64,000 nt of DNA from Podarcis muralis. Its lineage: Eukaryota. The notes under the pieces were generated by a model. The model searched no databases. It was given only the letters and a program-made list of their open reading frames with translations, and had not been told where the DNA came from. The DNA is taken from positions 55,242,001 to 55,306,000 of the forward strand of contig NC_135657.1 in the NCBI RefSeq assembly GCF_964188315.1. Reading direction: 5' to 3'. Both the position numbers and the translations under genes were made by a program. Shown in pieces: positions 61,883 to 64,000 of the stretch. Numbering within the stretch: the stretch's first letter is position 1; the number at the start of each line of letters is the position of its first letter.

Positions 61883-63419
61883 TGTATATATATTAGCCTA
61901 CCTTTACGTAAAAAGAATAGGAAGAATACTTTGGATCATGGTTTCACAATGGTTTGCTATAGCAACAGGGTGAGAGCCACAACTTGGATGCTTGGATGCT
62001 TCAGCAGGAGTTTAGGTATTTAAAATATGTGTTTCCACCTATTTTAAAAATATTTAAAATAGTGTTTCCACCTGTTGGAACAATGGCAGGATCCTAGCTT
62101 TCACTGGGGAGGCCAGTCACCCAACTCCAAATCGATTCACCACCACCATTGCTTCCCTTGGTTCTTGTGAACCCACCAAACCTTGGTTCTGAAACAAAAC
62201 AAAAAAATCCCTTTTAGGAGCTGTGACGGTTCCCAAAGTAAAATAACATGGCGTCCAGGGAATCAGTTAGATAATTGCAACCTGCTTGTGACTGACGTAT
62301 GCTGAAATCAAAGCAGGCTACTAGCACAGCCTGTACCATAACGGCACATTCTTTGCTCAGAGCAAAGCCAAATCACACATATTCTCGAGGCATGTACAGA
62401 GTTCCAGCTGAACTCATTGACACTATTCCCCCTTTGCCAGCAATATGTGACTGAGTGTGCACAGTGAACTAGAACACACTCAAAACCTCTCCATAGCTGT
62501 GTAATAAAGGGACAGATCAGCTGTGGTGAGCAAGCTATATTCAGGGAAGCTCAGCTTGCCATTAAAGAAACTTTTAAGGATGTACTTTCAAAGAATCCCA
62601 GTTTCCTAGAAAAGAATCTGAAAACCACCAGGGCTCTAATAGATATCAAATTTTATGGTCTATAATTCAGGAAATGGTGCTGGACCTTCCACTTTGGACT
62701 GAGCACATTGTCTATGCCAAAATTCTGGTTTTAAATACAGTACTCTCTTCACATACTGTATTACAAAAGAAGGCATAGAATGGCAATGCAGTACGTTATG
62801 CAGTCCATAACTCTTATAAAATGGATTGCTCCCTGTAGTTTTCTAAAGCCTGTAGTCATGCTACTCACTGAATTTCATTGCTGCAAGTCTAATATAGAAA
62901 AATTTGGTGGGAAAGCTATTAATAATCAAGTTTGTATATTAATAGTGGTCCTCTGGGATTTGGCTGCTGTGTTGAAAGTTTTCTGGTACTTAGGGAACCC
63001 AAGTCCCTAGAATACCTAAAGAAGCCTTGAAGTGGGGTGGGATGTAATTTTCAGTGTTTTTTGCTGTCCTAAAAGCCACTCGTGTGAGTGGTATATTCTT
63101 GCTTACTTACTTTATCAATCATAACTGTTCTGAAATGGTAAAGGGAGCACCTACAGCATAGTCTTGTGCACATTTAACAAAAAAAATAAATAAAAATGAA
63201 CCTGGCTGTGTTTGATGGGTCTCACAGCAAAGTATTGGTAGCATTGCATGAGTTAGGAGCTAGTAAGAGACTGGCTGCTTAAGGTGAAATTCCACTTCTG
63301 ATAGCTTTCCTTGGTGCTAGTTAGCACAACTTTTTGTTTTGCTTCAATACAGATTGAGTGTTTTGTTTTGGGCATATTGTGGTTGATGATGATGTGTTAA
63401 ACAAACAGCCATCTCAAGG

Positions 63420-63620
63420 CACTCCACACATAAGATGATTAAAAAGCAGTTAAATACAAAAACATCAGATACATTTAAAACAAGACAAAAGCCCTAATAA
63501 AGTAGACACTTTCAGCAAAGACCCATATACCCAGCTGGGAAAGCCTGTCAGAAAGTGCAGACAGTGGGTGCCTGTCATATCTTGATAGGAATGCCATTCC
63601 ACAGAACAGGAGCAATGTAG
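63420..63620 (-). mobile_element. L2-like 3' fragment
   Basis: cccagctgggaaagcctg...gaatgccattccac shared with 53300-53420. Confidence 0.6.
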
Positions 63621-64000
63621 TGGGAAGTGATGAATAAGTTTGCCACACATTCTCACTTCATGTGGATGCAGAAGGTTACGCAGACACTGAAGACCACCAT
63701 AATAAGTATGTCCAGCAACCTGTTCACTTCAGCAGACACAGAATGAATCCAAAATGGATGACCAAAACCAGATCCCTTCTCTCCCTGCCCAGGGAGAAAG
63801 GCTTATAATGTTCATTTGATTTCAGTCTTCACTAATACATTTTCCATGATCCAATAAGGAAGAAAATTGCAATTCTCTAACTGTAAGACTTCTGCAGCAA
63901 GAAGCACGGCTGCAGCAGGAACTAAAATTGTCCCCAGACCTCCAGTTTATCTAGTGTATTCCTGAGTACAGCCTTTAGCTTTTAAAGAATGCTCAAATGT

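Noticed and set aside
1-64000. CRISPR arrays, rRNA, or prokaryote-style operons and defence systems
   Set aside because: There are no regularly spaced repeat-spacer arrays and no gene-dense coding sequence; this is eukaryotic repeat-rich DNA.

Overview
This is vertebrate genomic DNA, most likely from a lacertid lizard (inferred from the Sauria SINE variant, Bov-B and the squamate CR1/L2/MITE families). It is repeat-rich and has one assembly gap (10878-11008). I recognise no intact protein-coding gene. A CpG island at about 35.0-36.3 kb looks like the promoter and non-coding first exon of an unidentified + strand gene. The remainder of the window would then be mostly intron, with candidate alternative exons or conserved elements near 46.3-47.1 kb and 49.1-49.95 kb. 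The only ORFs with recognisable homology are transposon fossils: a Chapaev3-type transposase, a pogo/Tc2-type transposase, two Bov-B ORF2 ends and a Penelope GIY-YIG end. The most notable observations are: (1) an intact minimal type I hammerhead ribozyme inside a perfect 75-bp fold-back Penelope remnant that inserted into a palindromic target; (2) a 7SK RNA-derived fragment inside an L2 element, running into the gap; (3) a Chapaev3 transposon with both ends intact (horizontal-transfer candidate); (4) a pogo fossil with its derived MITEs in the same window. I see no evidence of a wholly new multi-gene system. All family assignments come from remembered motifs, not database searches.
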